Assembly: GCA_963798845.1 (NCBI GenBank) | Contig: CAWCUS010000005.1 | Coordinates: 339,402 to 403,401 of the forward strand | DNA from: an uncultured Gemmatimonadales bacterium | Lineage (GTDB): Bacteria; Gemmatimonadota; Gemmatimonadetes; Longimicrobiales; RSA9 | Length of the DNA stretch: 64,000 nt | Direction: 5' to 3' | Shown here: piece by piece, positions 52,914 through 64,000 of the stretch | How the letters are laid out: the number at the start of each line of letters is the position of its first letter | Position numbering within the stretch: the stretch's first letter is position 1 | The notes under the pieces: model-generated | Told to the model about the DNA's origin: nothing | The model's database searches: none | Seen by the model: the letters and a program-made list of their open reading frames with translations, nothing else | Position numbers and translations under genes: made by a program

Positions 52914-54913
52914 GTGGCTCCGGGAGCATCCCCCCCGACCTGCTCACCGAGTGGGCCCGGCTCCTCCTCGGCAGCCTCCGCCGCGCCGGCGTGCGCGACG
53001 TGGTGCTGAGCCCGGGATCCCGCAACACTCCGTTCACGTGGGCCGCGCTGCGCGAGGACGGGCTCCGCTGCCGCACCATCATCGACGAGCGCTCCGCCGC
53101 TTTCTTCGCCGTCGGGCACGCGAAGATGACCGGCCGCCCCGTGCTCCTGGTGTGCACGTCCGGGAGCGCCGCGGCGAACTACTTCCCCGCCGTGGTGGAA
53201 GCGCACGAGTCGGGCACGCCGCTCCTCCTGCTCACCGCCGACCGCCCGCTCGAGCTCCAGCAGGCGGCCGCGCCCCAGACCATCGACCAGGTCCGGCTCT
53301 ACGGCGGCTTCGCCCGCGGCTACTTCGAGCTGGGCACGCCCGACCCGCAGCCGGCCATGCTGCGCGCCGTCTGCCGAATCGCCGCGCAGGCCGTGGCCGC
53401 CACGCTCTCGCCCGTGCCCGGCCCCGTCCAGGTCAACGCCCGGGCGAGGAAGCCGCTCGAGCCCCTCGCCGGCCAGGGCGATGACGCCCGCAGCCTGGCC
53501 GCGGAGGTGGACCGGCTGCTCCCGTCCGGCCCGGCCATCTACGACGCCCCGCCCGCCGCCCCGCCCGCCGGCATCCTCGCCCTCGCCGCCGCCTGCCGCC
53601 GCGCGCGACGGGGGCTCGTCGTGTGCGGCCCCGACACCCCGTGGCGCGCCGCGTCCGCTTGCGACGTGGCCGCGCTCGCCCGCGCCACCGGCTTCCCCGT
53701 GGTGGCGGAGCCCGCGAGCCAGCAGCGCTTCGGCCCCCTCGCGAGCGACGACGGCGTCGCCCTCATCGACGCGTTCACCGCCCTCCTCGCCAGCCCGCGC
53801 TTCCGCGACGGCACCGGTCCCGACCTCATCATCCAGCTCGGGCGGCCGTCCACGGCGGCCGAATGGAACGGCTACCTGAAGCGGTGGGACGACGCCGAGC
53901 GCTGGGTCATCGCGCCCGACGGCTGGCCGGACCCCAGGGGCTCGGCGACGGGGTGGATCCGCAGCGGCGTGGGGGAGGCGGCGCGCGCGGTGGCGGAAGC
54001 GCTCGCGGCGGACGGGGACTCCGGCGGGGGTTCGGGCGCCCCTGCCGTCGCGGACGGCCGCCTCGAGACGGAGTCCGCGGGCTCGGATGGCGGCGCCGGC
54101 ACCGCGCCCGGCGACGCCCGCACGGCGTGGCGTGAGCGGCTGCTGCGGGCGAACGACGTCGCCCGGGCGGTGATCGCCGAATCGCTCGAGGGTGCCTTCA
54201 CGGAGGCGGCCGCGGTCCGCGCCATCGCGGACGCCGTCCCCCGGGGCGGGATCCTCGCGCTGGGCAACAGCCTGCCGATCCGGGAAGCCGGGATCTTCGC
54301 GCCGGCAGCCGACCGGGGGATCACGGTCTGGTCGCAGCGCGGGGCGAACGGGATCGACGGCGTGGTCTCGGGCGCCGCGGGCGCTGCCGCGGCCACCGGT
54401 CGCCCGACCACGCTCATCCTCGGCGACGTGAGCTTCACGCACGACGTCGGCGGCCTCGCCGCGGCCCGGGACCTGGACGCGCCGCTGACGGTGGTGGTGC
54501 TGAACAACGGCGGGGGCCGGATCTTCGAGCGCCTGCCCATCGCCGGGTTGCTGGCAGGCGACGACGACTTCCTCGCCTGGCTCACGCCCCCGGGCATCGA
54601 CGTCGCCGCGGCCGCCCGCGCCTTCGGCGCCGCATTCGTCCGGGTCAAGGACGCGGGCGGGCTGGCGCGTGCGCTCGCCGGCGGAGAGCAGCCTCCGGGC
54701 GCGGCCGTGCCTCCGGGCACCGCCGCGGGCGCCGCCGTGGCCCCGGGCGCCAACGCGGCCCCGGGCGCGACCGTGGCCCCGGGCGCGACCGCGGCCCCGG
54801 GCGCCAGCGCGGCTCCGGGCGCCACGGTGGTCGAGGTGGTGGTCCCCGGCGAAACGACGGCACCGCACCACGCCGCCATGATCGCCCGCCTGGACGAACG
54901 CCTGCCCGCGTGA
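52910..54913 (+). CDS. menD: SEPHCHC synthase
   Basis: [44 protein letters not shown] and NNGGGRIF. Confidence 0.94.
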   Translation: MSGSGSIPPDLLTEWARLLLGSLRRAGVRDVVLSPGSRNTPFTWAALREDGLRCRTIIDERSAAFFAVGHAKMTGRPVLLVCTSGSAAANYFPAVVEAHESGTPLLLLTADRPLELQQAAAPQTIDQVRLYGGFARGYFELGTPDPQPAMLRAVCRIAAQAVAATLSPVPGPVQVNARARKPLEPLAGQGDDARSLAAEVDRLLPSGPAIYDAPPAAPPAGILALAAACRRARRGLVVCGPDTPWRAASACDVAALARATGFPVVAEPASQQRFGPLASDDGVALIDAFTALLASPRFRDGTGPDLIIQLGRPSTAAEWNGYLKRWDDAERWVIAPDGWPDPRGSATGWIRSGVGEAARAVAEALAADGDSGGGSGAPAVADGRLETESAGSDGGAGTAPGDARTAWRERLLRANDVARAVIAESLEGAFTEAAAVRAIADAVPRGGILALGNSLPIREAGIFAPAADRGITVWSQRGANGIDGVVSGAAGAAAATGRPTTLILGDVSFTHDVGGLAAARDLDAPLTVVVLNNGGGRIFERLPIAGLLAGDDDFLAWLTPPGIDVAAAARAFGAAFVRVKDAGGLARALAGGEQPPGAAVPPGTAAGAAVAPGANAAPGATVAPGATAAPGASAAPGATVVEVVVPGETTAPHHAAMIARLDERLPA

Positions 54914-55668
54914 CCCGGCCGCTCGTCCTCCTGCACGGCTTCACCGGCGCGCCCGCGTCGTGGGAGGCGGTGGTGGAGCGGCGTGGCACCGCCGCTGGCT
55001 CACCGGCGGCTTTCGCCCCTCCCCTGCTCGGCCACGACGGGACGCCCGGCCCCCCGGACGTCGGCGGCTGGGACGACGAGCTGGACCGCCTGGCCGGGCT
55101 GGTCCGCGCCCGCTTCGACGGGCCGGTCACGCTCTCGGGCTACTCGCTGGGCGGGCGCGTGGCGCTGGGCCTTCTGGCGCGGCACCCGGAGCTGTTCGCG
55201 GCCGCCGCGCTCATCGGCGCCAACCCCGGCCCGGCCGGACCGGCGGAGCGGGGCGCGCGCCGGGAAATGGACGAGGTCTGGGCCCGGTTGCTGGAGCGCG
55301 ACGGCCTTCCTACGTTCGTCGCCGCCTGGGAGGCGCTCCCCCTGTTCCGCACCCAGCGCCTTCTGGACCGGGATGTGCTGGAGCGCCAGCGCAGGATCCG
55401 CCTCGCCCACGATCCCGCCGGCCTGGTCAGGGCGCTCCGCGCGCTCGGGCTCGGCGCCATGCCGGACTACCGGCCGGCCCTCGAGCGCATCGCCATGCCG
55501 GTCCGGATCGTCGCCGGAGAGGCGGACCAGAAGTTCCGCGTCCTCGCCGGCGAGATGGCGGAGCGGCTGCCGCGGGCGCGGACCACCATCGTCGCCGGCG
55601 CGGGCCACAACGTGGTCCTCGAGCGCCCGGCCGAAATCGCCCGACTGCTACAGGAGCTGGATGGATGA
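54910..55668 (+). CDS. menH: SHCHC synthase
   Basis: HGFTG, GYSLGGR, LF.TQ, GEADQKF and AGHN; operon position. Confidence 0.9.
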   Translation: MTRPLVLLHGFTGAPASWEAVVERRGTAAGSPAAFAPPLLGHDGTPGPPDVGGWDDELDRLAGLVRARFDGPVTLSGYSLGGRVALGLLARHPELFAAAALIGANPGPAGPAERGARREMDEVWARLLERDGLPTFVAAWEALPLFRTQRLLDRDVLERQRRIRLAHDPAGLVRALRALGLGAMPDYRPALERIAMPVRIVAGEADQKFRVLAGEMAERLPRARTTIVAGAGHNVVLERPAEIARLLQELDG

Positions 55669-56525
55669 GCATCACCACCGTCGACGTCGATCGCAGCGGT
55701 CCCCCCGAGTGGAAGGTCCAGGAATCGTTCGGGTTCCAGGAGATCATCTACGAGAAGGCGGACGAGGGCATCGCCAGGATCACCATCGACCGCCCGGAGA
55801 AGCGGAACGCGTTCACCCCGCTCACCGTGCAGGAGATGCGGCGGGCGTTCGACGACGCGCGCGATGACGGCTCCATCGGCGTGGTGATCCTGACCGGCCA
55901 GGGCGAGAAGGCCTTCTGCTCCGGGGGCGACCAGAGCGTGCGCGGCGAGGGGGGCTACGTGGGCGCCGACCGCGTGCCCCGCCTGAACGTGCTCGACCTC
56001 CAGCGCGAGATCCGGGCGCTGCCCAAGCCGGTGATCGCCATGGTGGCCGGCTACGCCGTCGGCGGCGGGCACGTTCTGCACATGATCTGCGACCTCACCA
56101 TCGCGGCCGACAACGCCATCTTCGGCCAGACTGGCCCGAAAGTGGGGAGCTTCGACGGCGGCTACGGCTCGTCGCACATGGCGAGGATCGTGGGCCAGAA
56201 GAAGGCGAGGGAGATCTGGTTCCTCTGTCGCCAGTACACGGCCGGGGAAGCGCTCGAGATGGGGCTCGTGAACGCCGTGGTCCCGTACGAGCGGATGGAG
56301 GAGGAGACGGTGCAGTGGTGCCGCGAGATCCTCCAGAACAGCCCCATGGCCCTCCGCCTGATCAAGGCCGGGATGAACGCCGACGAGGACGGCCAGGCCG
56401 GGCTCCAGCAGCTCGCCGGCGACGCCACGCTCCTCTTCTACCTCACGGAAGAGGGCCAGGAGGGGAAGAACGCGTTCCTGGAAAAGCGGAAGCCCCGCTT
56501 CGACAGGTTCACCCGCTACCCCTGA
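55665..56525 (+). CDS. menB: 1,4-dihydroxy-2-naphthoyl-CoA synthase
   Basis: [32 protein letters not shown] and [12 protein letters not shown]. Confidence 0.96.
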   Translation: MSITTVDVDRSGPPEWKVQESFGFQEIIYEKADEGIARITIDRPEKRNAFTPLTVQEMRRAFDDARDDGSIGVVILTGQGEKAFCSGGDQSVRGEGGYVGADRVPRLNVLDLQREIRALPKPVIAMVAGYAVGGGHVLHMICDLTIAADNAIFGQTGPKVGSFDGGYGSSHMARIVGQKKAREIWFLCRQYTAGEALEMGLVNAVVPYERMEEETVQWCREILQNSPMALRLIKAGMNADEDGQAGLQQLAGDATLLFYLTEEGQEGKNAFLEKRKPRFDRFTRYP

Positions 56526-56526
56526 G

Positions 56527-57489
56527 TTGAAGACGACCCGACCCGCCCGCACCGACTCCGGCACGGGCGACGGCCCGGCTCCCGGAGCGTCCGGGTCCCC
56601 GGCGCCGCCGGGCCCCGTCGCCCGCTGGGTGCTGGCCGCCCGGCCGAAGACCCTCACCGCCGCCGCAGCGCCGGTGCTGGTGGGGACGGCGTGCGCGCAC
56701 GCCGTGGGCGCCTTCCGCCTCGGCCCCGCGCTGGCTGCCTTGGCTGGCGCGCTCCTGCTCCAGGTCGGCGCCAACTTCGCCAACGACGTGTTCGACTTCG
56801 AGAAGGGCGCGGACACGCACGAGCGGATCGGGCCGACGAGGGTGGTGCAGTCCGGGCTGCTCAGCGCAGCGGCCGTGCGCAGGGCCATGGCAGTCGTGTT
56901 CGGGCTGGCGCTGCTGATCGGGGCGTACCTGACGTGGGTGGCGGGCCCGGTCGTCGTCGTCATCGGGGTGCTGTCCATACTTGCAGCACTGGCTTATACG
57001 GGAGGGCCTTACCCACTGGGATACAACGGGTTGGGCGACATCGCCGTCCTCATCTTCTTCGGCTTCGTGGCCGTGTGCGGCACCACGTTCGTGCAGGCGG
57101 GCGCAGTCCCGCCGCTGGCGTGGTGGGCCGCGGTCCCCGTGGGCGCGCTCATCACCAACATCCTGGTGGTGAACAACGTTCGCGACATCCACACCGACGC
57201 CGCCGCGGGCAAGCACACGCTGGCCGTCCGCCTCGGCCGCGACGGCGCCCTGGCCGAGTACGCGCTCCTGTTCGCCGCCGCCTACGCCGTGCCCATCGGG
57301 CTGGTGGCCGCCGGGCGGCTGGGGCCGGCCGCGCTCCTCCCCCTGCTCAGCGCCCCCATGGCCGCGCGCCTGTTCCGCTTCGTCCGCCGCGAGACCGGCC
57401 GCGCACTCAACCCCGCGCTCGGCGGGACCGCTCGGCTGGTGTTCATCTTCGGCGCGCTCTTCGCCGCCGGCATCGTGCTGGGGGCGTAG
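56527..57489 (+). CDS. menA: DHNA polyprenyltransferase
   Basis: [14 protein letters not shown]...[13 protein letters not shown] and NNVRDI.TD...GK.TLAVRLG. Confidence 0.94.
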   Translation: MKTTRPARTDSGTGDGPAPGASGSPAPPGPVARWVLAARPKTLTAAAAPVLVGTACAHAVGAFRLGPALAALAGALLLQVGANFANDVFDFEKGADTHERIGPTRVVQSGLLSAAAVRRAMAVVFGLALLIGAYLTWVAGPVVVVIGVLSILAALAYTGGPYPLGYNGLGDIAVLIFFGFVAVCGTTFVQAGAVPPLAWWAAVPVGALITNILVVNNVRDIHTDAAAGKHTLAVRLGRDGALAEYALLFAAAYAVPIGLVAAGRLGPAALLPLLSAPMAARLFRFVRRETGRALNPALGGTARLVFIFGALFAAGIVLGA

Positions 57490-57537
57490 ACGCGTGGGGC
57501 CGCTACCGCCTGCTCCGGCGACCGCGTCCCGCCGACC

Positions 57538-59116
57538 ATGAGCCTCTCCATCTTCGAGGCGGGGCGGGAAGCCCCGGACCGTATCGCGCTGGTGGCCGAC
57601 GGCCGGAGCTGGACGTTCGCCGAGCTGGCCGGGGGCGCTCGACGGGCGGTGTGGTGGCTGCGCGAGCGGGGGCTGGCGAGCGGCGCAGCCGCCGCCGAGG
57701 CGTCCCGGGGATCCACATCGGCCGGTGCCGCCGCTTCGGCCGGCGAAGCACGACCGCCCCTCGTCGCCGTGCGGGCCACGGCGGACGTGCCCACGCTCGA
57801 GATGCTCCACGCCCTCGTCGCCCTGGGCATCCCCGCGCTGCTGCTCCACCCCCGGCTGACGGACGCGGAGGAGCGGCGGATCGTGCAGGAGGCGAAGCCC
57901 GCGGCGGTGGTGGACGCGGGGTGGCGCGAGGCACCCCCGGCGGCCGGCGTGCCCGGGAACGCCCCCGGCGCCCTGCCGGCCGGCGGCGCCCCGCCGCCGC
58001 CGGCGCCCCGCTCGCCACCGGCGCGCTCCCCGTCCCCCGCTCCCCCCGCTCCCCCCGCTCGCCGACCCGCCCGCCGTCCCCGACGACGACCGCCCGCTGG
58101 CCATCCTCTACACGTCCGGCACCACCGGCCGGGCGAAGGGGGTGGTGCTCTCGCGGCGCGCGTTCGTGGCGTCGGCGGCGGCGAGCGAGGCGAACCTGGG
58201 GTGGCAGCCGGACGACCGCTGGCTGCTCCGCCTCCCCGTGGCCCACGTGGGCGGCCTGTCGGTGGTGACGCGCTGCCTGCTCGCCCGCTGCGCCGTAGTG
58301 CTCTCCACGGAGTCCGACCCGGCCGCGCTCCTGGACACGATCGGCCGGCAGCGCGTCACGATCCTTTCGCTCGTGCCGACTCTCCTGGCCCGCCTCCTGG
58401 ACCTCGAGCCGCACCGCCCGGCGCCGCCGCACGTGCGCGCGGTCCTGCTGGGCGGCGCAGCGGCTTCCCCCGCCCTCCTGGCCCGTGCCGCCGACCGCGG
58501 CTGGCCCGTGCTCACCACGTACGGGCTCACCGAGACCTGCTCCCAGGCCACGACGCAGCCGCTCGGCACCGTCAACCGCGGCGAGCTCGGGGCGGGTCCG
58601 CCGCTCCGCGGCATGGAGGTCCGGATCGGCGACGACGGAGAGGTCCACGTCCGCGGACCTTCGCTCCTCACCGGCTACTTCCCGACCGGCGCGCACCCCG
58701 AGCCGTTCCTCGAGGGCGGCTGGCTCCCCACGGGCGACTTCGGTCGGCTCGACGCCGACGGCAACCTCCACGTGGTCGGTCGCCGCGCCGACAGGATCGT
58801 CACCGGCGGCGAAAACGTCGACCCGCTGGAAGTGGAGCAGGCGCTGGAAGCGGAGCCGGGCATCAGCCGCGCGTGCGTGTTCGGAACTCCGGACGAGGAG
58901 TGGGGGGAGGTGGTCTGCGCCGCAGTGGTGCTGACGGACGGAGGCCACCGCCCGGGCGTCGTCGCCCGCGAAGCCGTGGCGGCGGCCTCGGTGCGGCTGG
59001 CGGCGTTCAAGCGCCCCCGGCGTATCGTCGCGCTGGACTCCCTGCCGCTCACGCGGAGCGGAAAGGTGGACCGCGCCGCAGTGGTTCGCGTGGCCGGGCC
59101 GCGGCTGGAAGAGTAG
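57538..59116 (+). CDS. menE: o-succinylbenzoate-CoA ligase; frameshift(s) in the Pro/Ala-rich linker at about 57960-58075
   Basis: N-terminus in frame 57538; YTSGTTGRAKG, HVGGL, TYGLTETCSQ, TGD, GGENV and GKVDR in frame 58142. Confidence 0.88.
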
Positions 59117-59122
59117 TCACCA

Positions 59123-60257
59123 GCGGACGCCGTACCACTCGCCACTCGCGACGCGTTCGAGGGCCCCACGGTCGGAACTGACACGGGAGAGGTGCGGCCG
59201 CGACCGCGCCGGCCGCTCAACGGGAACGCAGCACCTTCGACACCGCGGACCCGGACAGGTTCATGAAATCGGCGATCCTCGCCTGCCGGAACCCGGCCGC
59301 GGCGAGACGCCGAACCACGACGTGACGCAGGCGAGCATACTCGCGACCGCCGCGCCTTCCCTTGATCCCCTCGAGCGGCAGGCCGGGAGCCTCGGCAGCC
59401 AGGGTGATCGCGGCCAGGCTCGCCAAGTCTGGCCGGCCGGCGTCGTCCGACGGTGAATCCGACCACGCGCCGTCGCGAAGCGGGACGTGGAAAAGCGGAC
59501 TCAGGGCGCTCGCCCAATCGAGGTTGGCCCGGGCCGATGGGGTCCGACTCCGGCCGGCGGCGCCAGCCAGGGTCGCCTCGTCGCCCGCCTGGTCGTTCTT
59601 CAGGCGCGCGGCGACGAAGCTGACGTAATCGGCCGCCAGTCGCGTGGGCGATCGATCGTCGTCCATCGCGAACAGAGGCAGCGCCGGGGCCGGGTCCAGC
59701 ACGCCGACAAGCGGCCGGAGGGGGGCCGGCATGCGGCGCGGCGAGGCGTCGCAATAGAACAGGTGTGACGTCCACGGATAGCTGGACGGGTCGGCGGCGA
59801 GGCCCGCGCGAACCGGGTTGATGTGAACGTAGACGACCGCGTTCCGGATGTGCTCGGGGTCCTGACACAGCTCCGATGCGTACGGGCGCCAGAACACCGG
59901 GCCCTCGATCCCGGATCGGCGTTGGACTCGCAGCGCCAGGCGACGGAGCAGCGGCTGCATCAGCCGATCGAGAGACCGCTCCCCCTGCTGGACCAGCAGG
60001 TGGAAGTGGTTCGACATGATGGCCAGCGCCATCAGGCGCGCGTCCGATCGCGCCAGCTCGTCGGCGACCTCGCCGATCACCGCGCTCCGCAATGCTGGCG
60101 TCAACAGGCGCTCCTTCCGGAGCGTCCGCGCGGCGATGTGAAAAACCCCGCCAGGCAGGTATATACGGCGGCGACGACCCATGCCGCACGATCGGCCGCG
60201 CCGTGGGGCACCGCCATGGCCGATCGAGTCAAAAATGGCGAGTGGTACGGCGTCCGC
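59123..60257. mobile_element. RAYT-like element bounded by perfect 22-bp inverted repeats
   Basis: GCGGACGCCGTACCACTCGCCA at 59123-59144 and its exact reverse complement at 60236-60257. Confidence 0.8.
59217..60182 (-). CDS. REP-associated tyrosine (Y1/HUH) transposase with C-terminal DnaA-C-like HTH
   Basis: MGRRRRI..PGGVFHI, MSNHFHLL (HUH), YVHINPVRAGL and YPWTS; C-terminal IA.FMNLS.SAVSK. Confidence 0.88.
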   Translation of the reverse strand: MGRRRRIYLPGGVFHIAARTLRKERLLTPALRSAVIGEVADELARSDARLMALAIMSNHFHLLVQQGERSLDRLMQPLLRRLALRVQRRSGIEGPVFWRPYASELCQDPEHIRNAVVYVHINPVRAGLAADPSSYPWTSHLFYCDASPRRMPAPLRPLVGVLDPAPALPLFAMDDDRSPTRLAADYVSFVAARLKNDQAGDEATLAGAAGRSRTPSARANLDWASALSPLFHVPLRDGAWSDSPSDDAGRPDLASLAAITLAAEAPGLPLEGIKGRRGGREYARLRHVVVRRLAAAGFRQARIADFMNLSGSAVSKVLRSR

Positions 60258-60806
60258 CTAACGCCCCTCGGAGATCTCCTCGATCACCTTCCGGCTGAAC
60301 GCCGGGATGTCGTCGGGGTTTCGGCTGGTCACCAGCCCGTGGTCGACCACCACTTCCTCGTCCACCCACTCGGCGCCCGCGTTCCGGAGGTCGGTCTGGA
60401 GCGACGGCCACGACGTCATGCGACGGCCGCGCACCACGTCCGCCTCCACCAGCGTCCACGGGCCATGGCAGATCGCGCCGATCGGCTTGCCGGCGTCGAA
60501 GAAGGAGCGCGCGAACTCGACGGCCCGTTCCTCCAGCCGCAGGTTGTCCGGGTTCATCTGACCGCCCGGCAGAACGAGGGCATCGTAGTCGTCGGCGCTG
60601 GCGTCCGACAGGGGCACGTCCACGTCCATCTCGTCGCCCCAGTGGTCGTGCTTCCAGCCTTTCACCTTCCCATCCGCGGGCGACACGATGAACGTCTTCG
60701 CGCCCGCGTCGTCCAGCGCCTTGCGCGGCCCCGTCAGCTCCACCTGCTCGAACCCGTCCGCCACCAGGATCGCCACCCTCTTCCCGCTCAGGTCATGCTC
60801 CGCCAT
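60258..60806 (-). CDS. pfpI: PfpI/DJ-1 family protein (type 1 glutamine amidotransferase domain)
   Basis: DGFEQVEL, LPGG.NPD.LR, AICHGPW and TSRNPDD. Confidence 0.92.
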   Translation of the reverse strand: MAEHDLSGKRVAILVADGFEQVELTGPRKALDDAGAKTFIVSPADGKVKGWKHDHWGDEMDVDVPLSDASADDYDALVLPGGQMNPDNLRLEERAVEFARSFFDAGKPIGAICHGPWTLVEADVVRGRRMTSWPSLQTDLRNAGAEWVDEEVVVDHGLVTSRNPDDIPAFSRKVIEEISEGR

Positions 60807-61008
60807 ATCGTTTCTCTCCTTGTGGTTACGTGAATTACAGGAGGAAATCGGTGCAAGGAGTGTGCGGGGACGAACGGACTGGTGGAGAAGAGGCATGCCG
60901 GCTACCCGACGTGGCAAACCAAATGGATGGTCCCGTTCGACTCGGCCACCGGCACCCTTCGTGCCTTCCACCCGTGCACGTCGGCCACGACTCCCCTACC
61001 CTTACCCC

Positions 61009-61992
61009 ATGAAATACACGAATCTCGGCCGCACCGGCCTCAGCGTTTCGCAGATCGCCCTCGGCTGCATGTCGTACGGGACGTCGAAGTGGCGCCCGTG
61101 GGTGCTGGACGAGGACGACGCGCGGCCCTTCTACCGCCGCGCCATCGAGGCGGGGATCAACTTCTTCGACACGGCGGACATGTACTCGCGGGGCGTGAGC
61201 GAGGAGGTGACCGGCCGCGCCCTGAAGGAGCACGGCGTGCGGGAGGAGCTGGTGATCGCCACCAAGGTGTTCTTCCCCTACGACGACCGCCCGAACCGGG
61301 GCGGGCTGTCGCGGAAGCACATCGTGGAGGGGTGCGAGGCGAGCCTCCGGCGACTCGGCATCGACGCCATCGACCTGTACCAGATCCACCGCTTCGACCC
61401 GGAAACGCCGCTGGAGGAGACGCTCGCCGCGCTCGACCACCTCGTCCGATCCGGGAAAGTGCGCTACCTGGGGGCCAGCAGCGGGTGGGCGTGGCAGCTT
61501 GCGAAGGCGCTCGGGCTGTCGGACCGCAACGGCTGGGCGCGCTTCGTTTCCATGCAGGACCACTACAACCTGATCTACCGCGAGGAGGAGCGGGAGATGA
61601 TCCCGCTCTGCCGCGACCAGGGGCTCGGCATCATCCCATGGTCACCCCTCGCCCGCGGCCACCTCACCGGGACCCGGAAGTCGTTCGAGGACCGGTCGTC
61701 GACCACGCGCGCCGAGACCGACACGTACGCCCACCGTATGTACGACGGGCCGGGCGACCCCGGGATCATCGAAGCCGTCCGCGCCGTGGCCGACGCCCGC
61801 GGCGCCAGCATGGCCGAAGTGGCGCTGGCCTGGGTCCGCTCACGACCGGGGGTGACCGCCCCCATCGTGGGCGCCACGAAGCTCGAACACCTGGACGCCG
61901 CCATCCGCTCCGTGGAGCTGGAGCTGAGCGACGAGGAGGTCCAGCGCCTCGAGGCGCCGTACCGTCCGCACCGGGTGATGGGACACACCTAG
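61009..61992 (+). CDS. Aldo/keto reductase
   Basis: LGCM, FDTADMY, IATK, DLYQIH, GKVRYLG, WSPLARG and PIVGATK. Confidence 0.94.
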   Translation: MKYTNLGRTGLSVSQIALGCMSYGTSKWRPWVLDEDDARPFYRRAIEAGINFFDTADMYSRGVSEEVTGRALKEHGVREELVIATKVFFPYDDRPNRGGLSRKHIVEGCEASLRRLGIDAIDLYQIHRFDPETPLEETLAALDHLVRSGKVRYLGASSGWAWQLAKALGLSDRNGWARFVSMQDHYNLIYREEEREMIPLCRDQGLGIIPWSPLARGHLTGTRKSFEDRSSTTRAETDTYAHRMYDGPGDPGIIEAVRAVADARGASMAEVALAWVRSRPGVTAPIVGATKLEHLDAAIRSVELELSDEEVQRLEAPYRPHRVMGHT

Positions 61993-62015
61993 AACCGGTC
62001 CGCGCGCCGCCGCGC

Positions 62016-63491
62016 CTAGCCCACCGGCGCCACCTGGTACTGCTCGATCTTCCCGTCCGGCATCTCGTACGTCCACACCCGCAGCGCGCGGTCGGGGAAG
62101 CCAGCCCTGTACACGCGCAGGGTCATCCCGCCGCGGTCGGCCTCGCCCGTCTGCACGAACTCGCGCGGCGGGCCGAGCCGGGACAGGCTGGAGCGGAAGT
62201 CGTCGAGCGCCTGCTGGCTGAAATAGGCGTTGGCGTCGTCGGTGAAGACCGAGCGGTCAATGTCGCCCTTCTGCAGGCCGGTGAAGATGGCCAGCGCGCG
62301 CGCTGTCCGGCTCGCCTCCAGCGTGTCCTGCGTGGCGAACAGCAGCCCGGTGACGGCGCGCGCGATGGCGCCGGCGGCGGGCGCGGCGTCCTGGTTGGTC
62401 AGCACCGCCACGGCCGCGCTGTCCTCGGGGAAGACGTAGTTGTAGGCGGTGAAGCCGGACATCTCGCCGCTGTGCGACACCAGGAAATGGCCGTTCTGCA
62501 TTCCCACGTCCACGCCCAGGCCGTACCCGCTCCCGGCGCCGTTCGCGAGCCGCGTCTCCTTCTCCAGCTCGTCATACGACGCCGGGCTCAGCAGGCTCTC
62601 GAGGATCAGCGACAAATCCCATTTCGCCAGGTCGCTCGCGGTCATGGCCAGCATGCCCATGCCGAAGCCCCAGCCGGTGCCCGCGTCCGGGGCCGGGCGG
62701 AGCGGGCCGAGGGCGTAGCGGAGGTAGCCGGTCGCGTCCGTCGCCCGCGACGCCAGCGTGTCGAAGTCCTTCGCGCTCTCCAGCCCGAGCGGGTCCAGGA
62801 TCCGCTCCCGCACGAACTGGAAGAACGGCATCCCCGCCGCCTTCTGGATGATGAGCGCCGCCACGTCGAAGCCCGTGTTGCTGTACTGCCAGCGCGTGCC
62901 GGGGTCGAAGTTCAGCGGCCGGCCCGCCCAGCGTCGCGCGATGTCCTCGGGCGAGATGTCGCTCCGCATCATCGGCGGCACGTAGTCCTGCGGCCAGAAG
63001 TCCTGGTACCCGGACGTGTGCGACAGCAGCTGCCGCACCGTGATCCGGTCCGCGTCCGTCAGGCTCAGCTCCGGCAGCCACTTCGACACCGGGTCGTCCA
63101 GCGACAGCTTCCCGTCCTCCACCAGCAGCAGCGCCGCCGCCGCCGTGAACTGCTTGCTGATCGACCCGATGGCGTAGCGCAGGTCCGCCGCCGCCGGCAC
63201 CTTCGGCTCCAGCTGCGCCGCCCCGTACGCCTGCGCGTACACCAGCTCGCCGCCCTTCACCACCGCCACCGACGCGCTCGGCACCCCCGTCCGCTCCAGC
63301 ACCGCCGTCGCCACCGAGTCCACCCGCGACGCCAGCCCGGGCGACGCCACCGCCGTCCCCGCCTGCGCCCCCAGCGGCCCCGAGGCCCCGGCCAGCGCCG
63401 ACCCGGCCGCGACGGCCGCGGCCAGCGCTGCCGCCCGCCGCGTGGCCCGTGTGGCTTGCGCAAGCCCGTTCCGGATCCTGCAAACGCTCAT
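62016..63491 (-). CDS. Secreted serine hydrolase (beta-lactamase/AmpC-like family)
   Basis: GSISKQF (SxxK), LLSHTSG, YSN and HSG motifs; signal peptide. Confidence 0.92.
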   Translation of the reverse strand: MSVCRIRNGLAQATRATRRAAALAAAVAAGSALAGASGPLGAQAGTAVASPGLASRVDSVATAVLERTGVPSASVAVVKGGELVYAQAYGAAQLEPKVPAAADLRYAIGSISKQFTAAAALLLVEDGKLSLDDPVSKWLPELSLTDADRITVRQLLSHTSGYQDFWPQDYVPPMMRSDISPEDIARRWAGRPLNFDPGTRWQYSNTGFDVAALIIQKAAGMPFFQFVRERILDPLGLESAKDFDTLASRATDATGYLRYALGPLRPAPDAGTGWGFGMGMLAMTASDLAKWDLSLILESLLSPASYDELEKETRLANGAGSGYGLGVDVGMQNGHFLVSHSGEMSGFTAYNYVFPEDSAAVAVLTNQDAAPAAGAIARAVTGLLFATQDTLEASRTARALAIFTGLQKGDIDRSVFTDDANAYFSQQALDDFRSSLSRLGPPREFVQTGEADRGGMTLRVYRAGFPDRALRVWTYEMPDGKIEQYQVAPVG

Positions 63492-63801
63492 GGTTCCGCT
63501 CCTGTTGTCGCCCGTGTCCGCATCGATGCGGGAGGAAAGAGAGCGGGCCGCGGCGAAAAGGGCAAAGCAACGGCGCCCACCTCCAGGCACCGCCGCAGCG
63601 ACACCGATGGCACGGGCGGCACGCCCGCGCCGCCGCTGTAACGATTCGTCACTACCGCCCGTACCGTCCGCCGGCCGCCGCGGTGCGCGAAAGCGCGCTT
63701 CAACGGGACTTTGGCGCCGCCGGCGCGCGTGCGCGCGCGGGGTACGCCTCTTGCCCCCAACGTGGGCAGCCCCACCCCACACACGCGCTCGCGAACCGCG
63801 G

Positions 63802-64000
63802 ATGACACAGCATCGCCACGAAGGAGACATCCACGCCCTGCTGGGTCCCGAGGGAGCCCGGCGCTGGCGGCTCGCCCTCGAGCTCGGCCCCACCCTCGCC
63901 CGCTCCACCACGCGACCTTCCGCTTTCGCCGAGGTGGGCCGCTGCGTGGATGGGATCTTCCCGGATCGCGGCGTGGTCGTGCTGCGGCGGGACGCCGCGT
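63802..64000 (+). CDS. Partial CDS running off the window end (MTQHRHEGDIHALL...), function unknown
   Basis: Open frame from ATG 63802 to the window edge; not in the ORF track. Confidence 0.45.
   Translation, partial: MTQHRHEGDIHALLGPEGARRWRLALELGPTLARSTTRPSAFAEVGRCVDGIFPDRGVVVLRRDAA

Noticed and set aside
60256..60262. GTTAGGC integron core next to the RAYT element
   Set aside because: It coincides with the pfpI CGT-TAG stop and has no partner inverse core or L boxes

Overview
Very GC-rich bacterial window; the gene content suggests Gemmatimonadota, but that is inference only. It is mostly housekeeping, transport and hydrolase genes. The main blocks are: (1) a TetR-controlled 8-gene operon with a catalytically atypical FabH-like enzyme, Na+/solute symporter, acyl-CoA ligase, MaoC hydratase, lipoprotein, outer-membrane barrel and lipoprotein esterase (5392-13695); (2) a lower-GC integron cassette array with no integrase in the window (20227-22780), with an attI-like site, two intact 151-bp attC sites and Mrr, ParE/RelE toxin-antitoxin and ClbS/DfsB cassettes, whose third attC is cut by the right end of an IS110/IS1111 remnant that keeps a structured non-coding region, followed by a brnTA locus; (3) two sigma-54 two-component systems, one behind a MacAB-TolC-like operon; (4) long tandem repeats at 41.1-42.0 kb; (5) an Mrp-like EFG-DUF4040-B-C-D cluster with one large subunit; (6) an aroF-menG-menFDHBAE menaquinone operon without menC; (7) a RAYT/Y1 transposase flanked by perfect 22-bp inverted repeats. 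About nine single-base frameshifts in otherwise intact genes suggest sequencing or assembly indels. I saw no rRNA, tRNA or CRISPR array.
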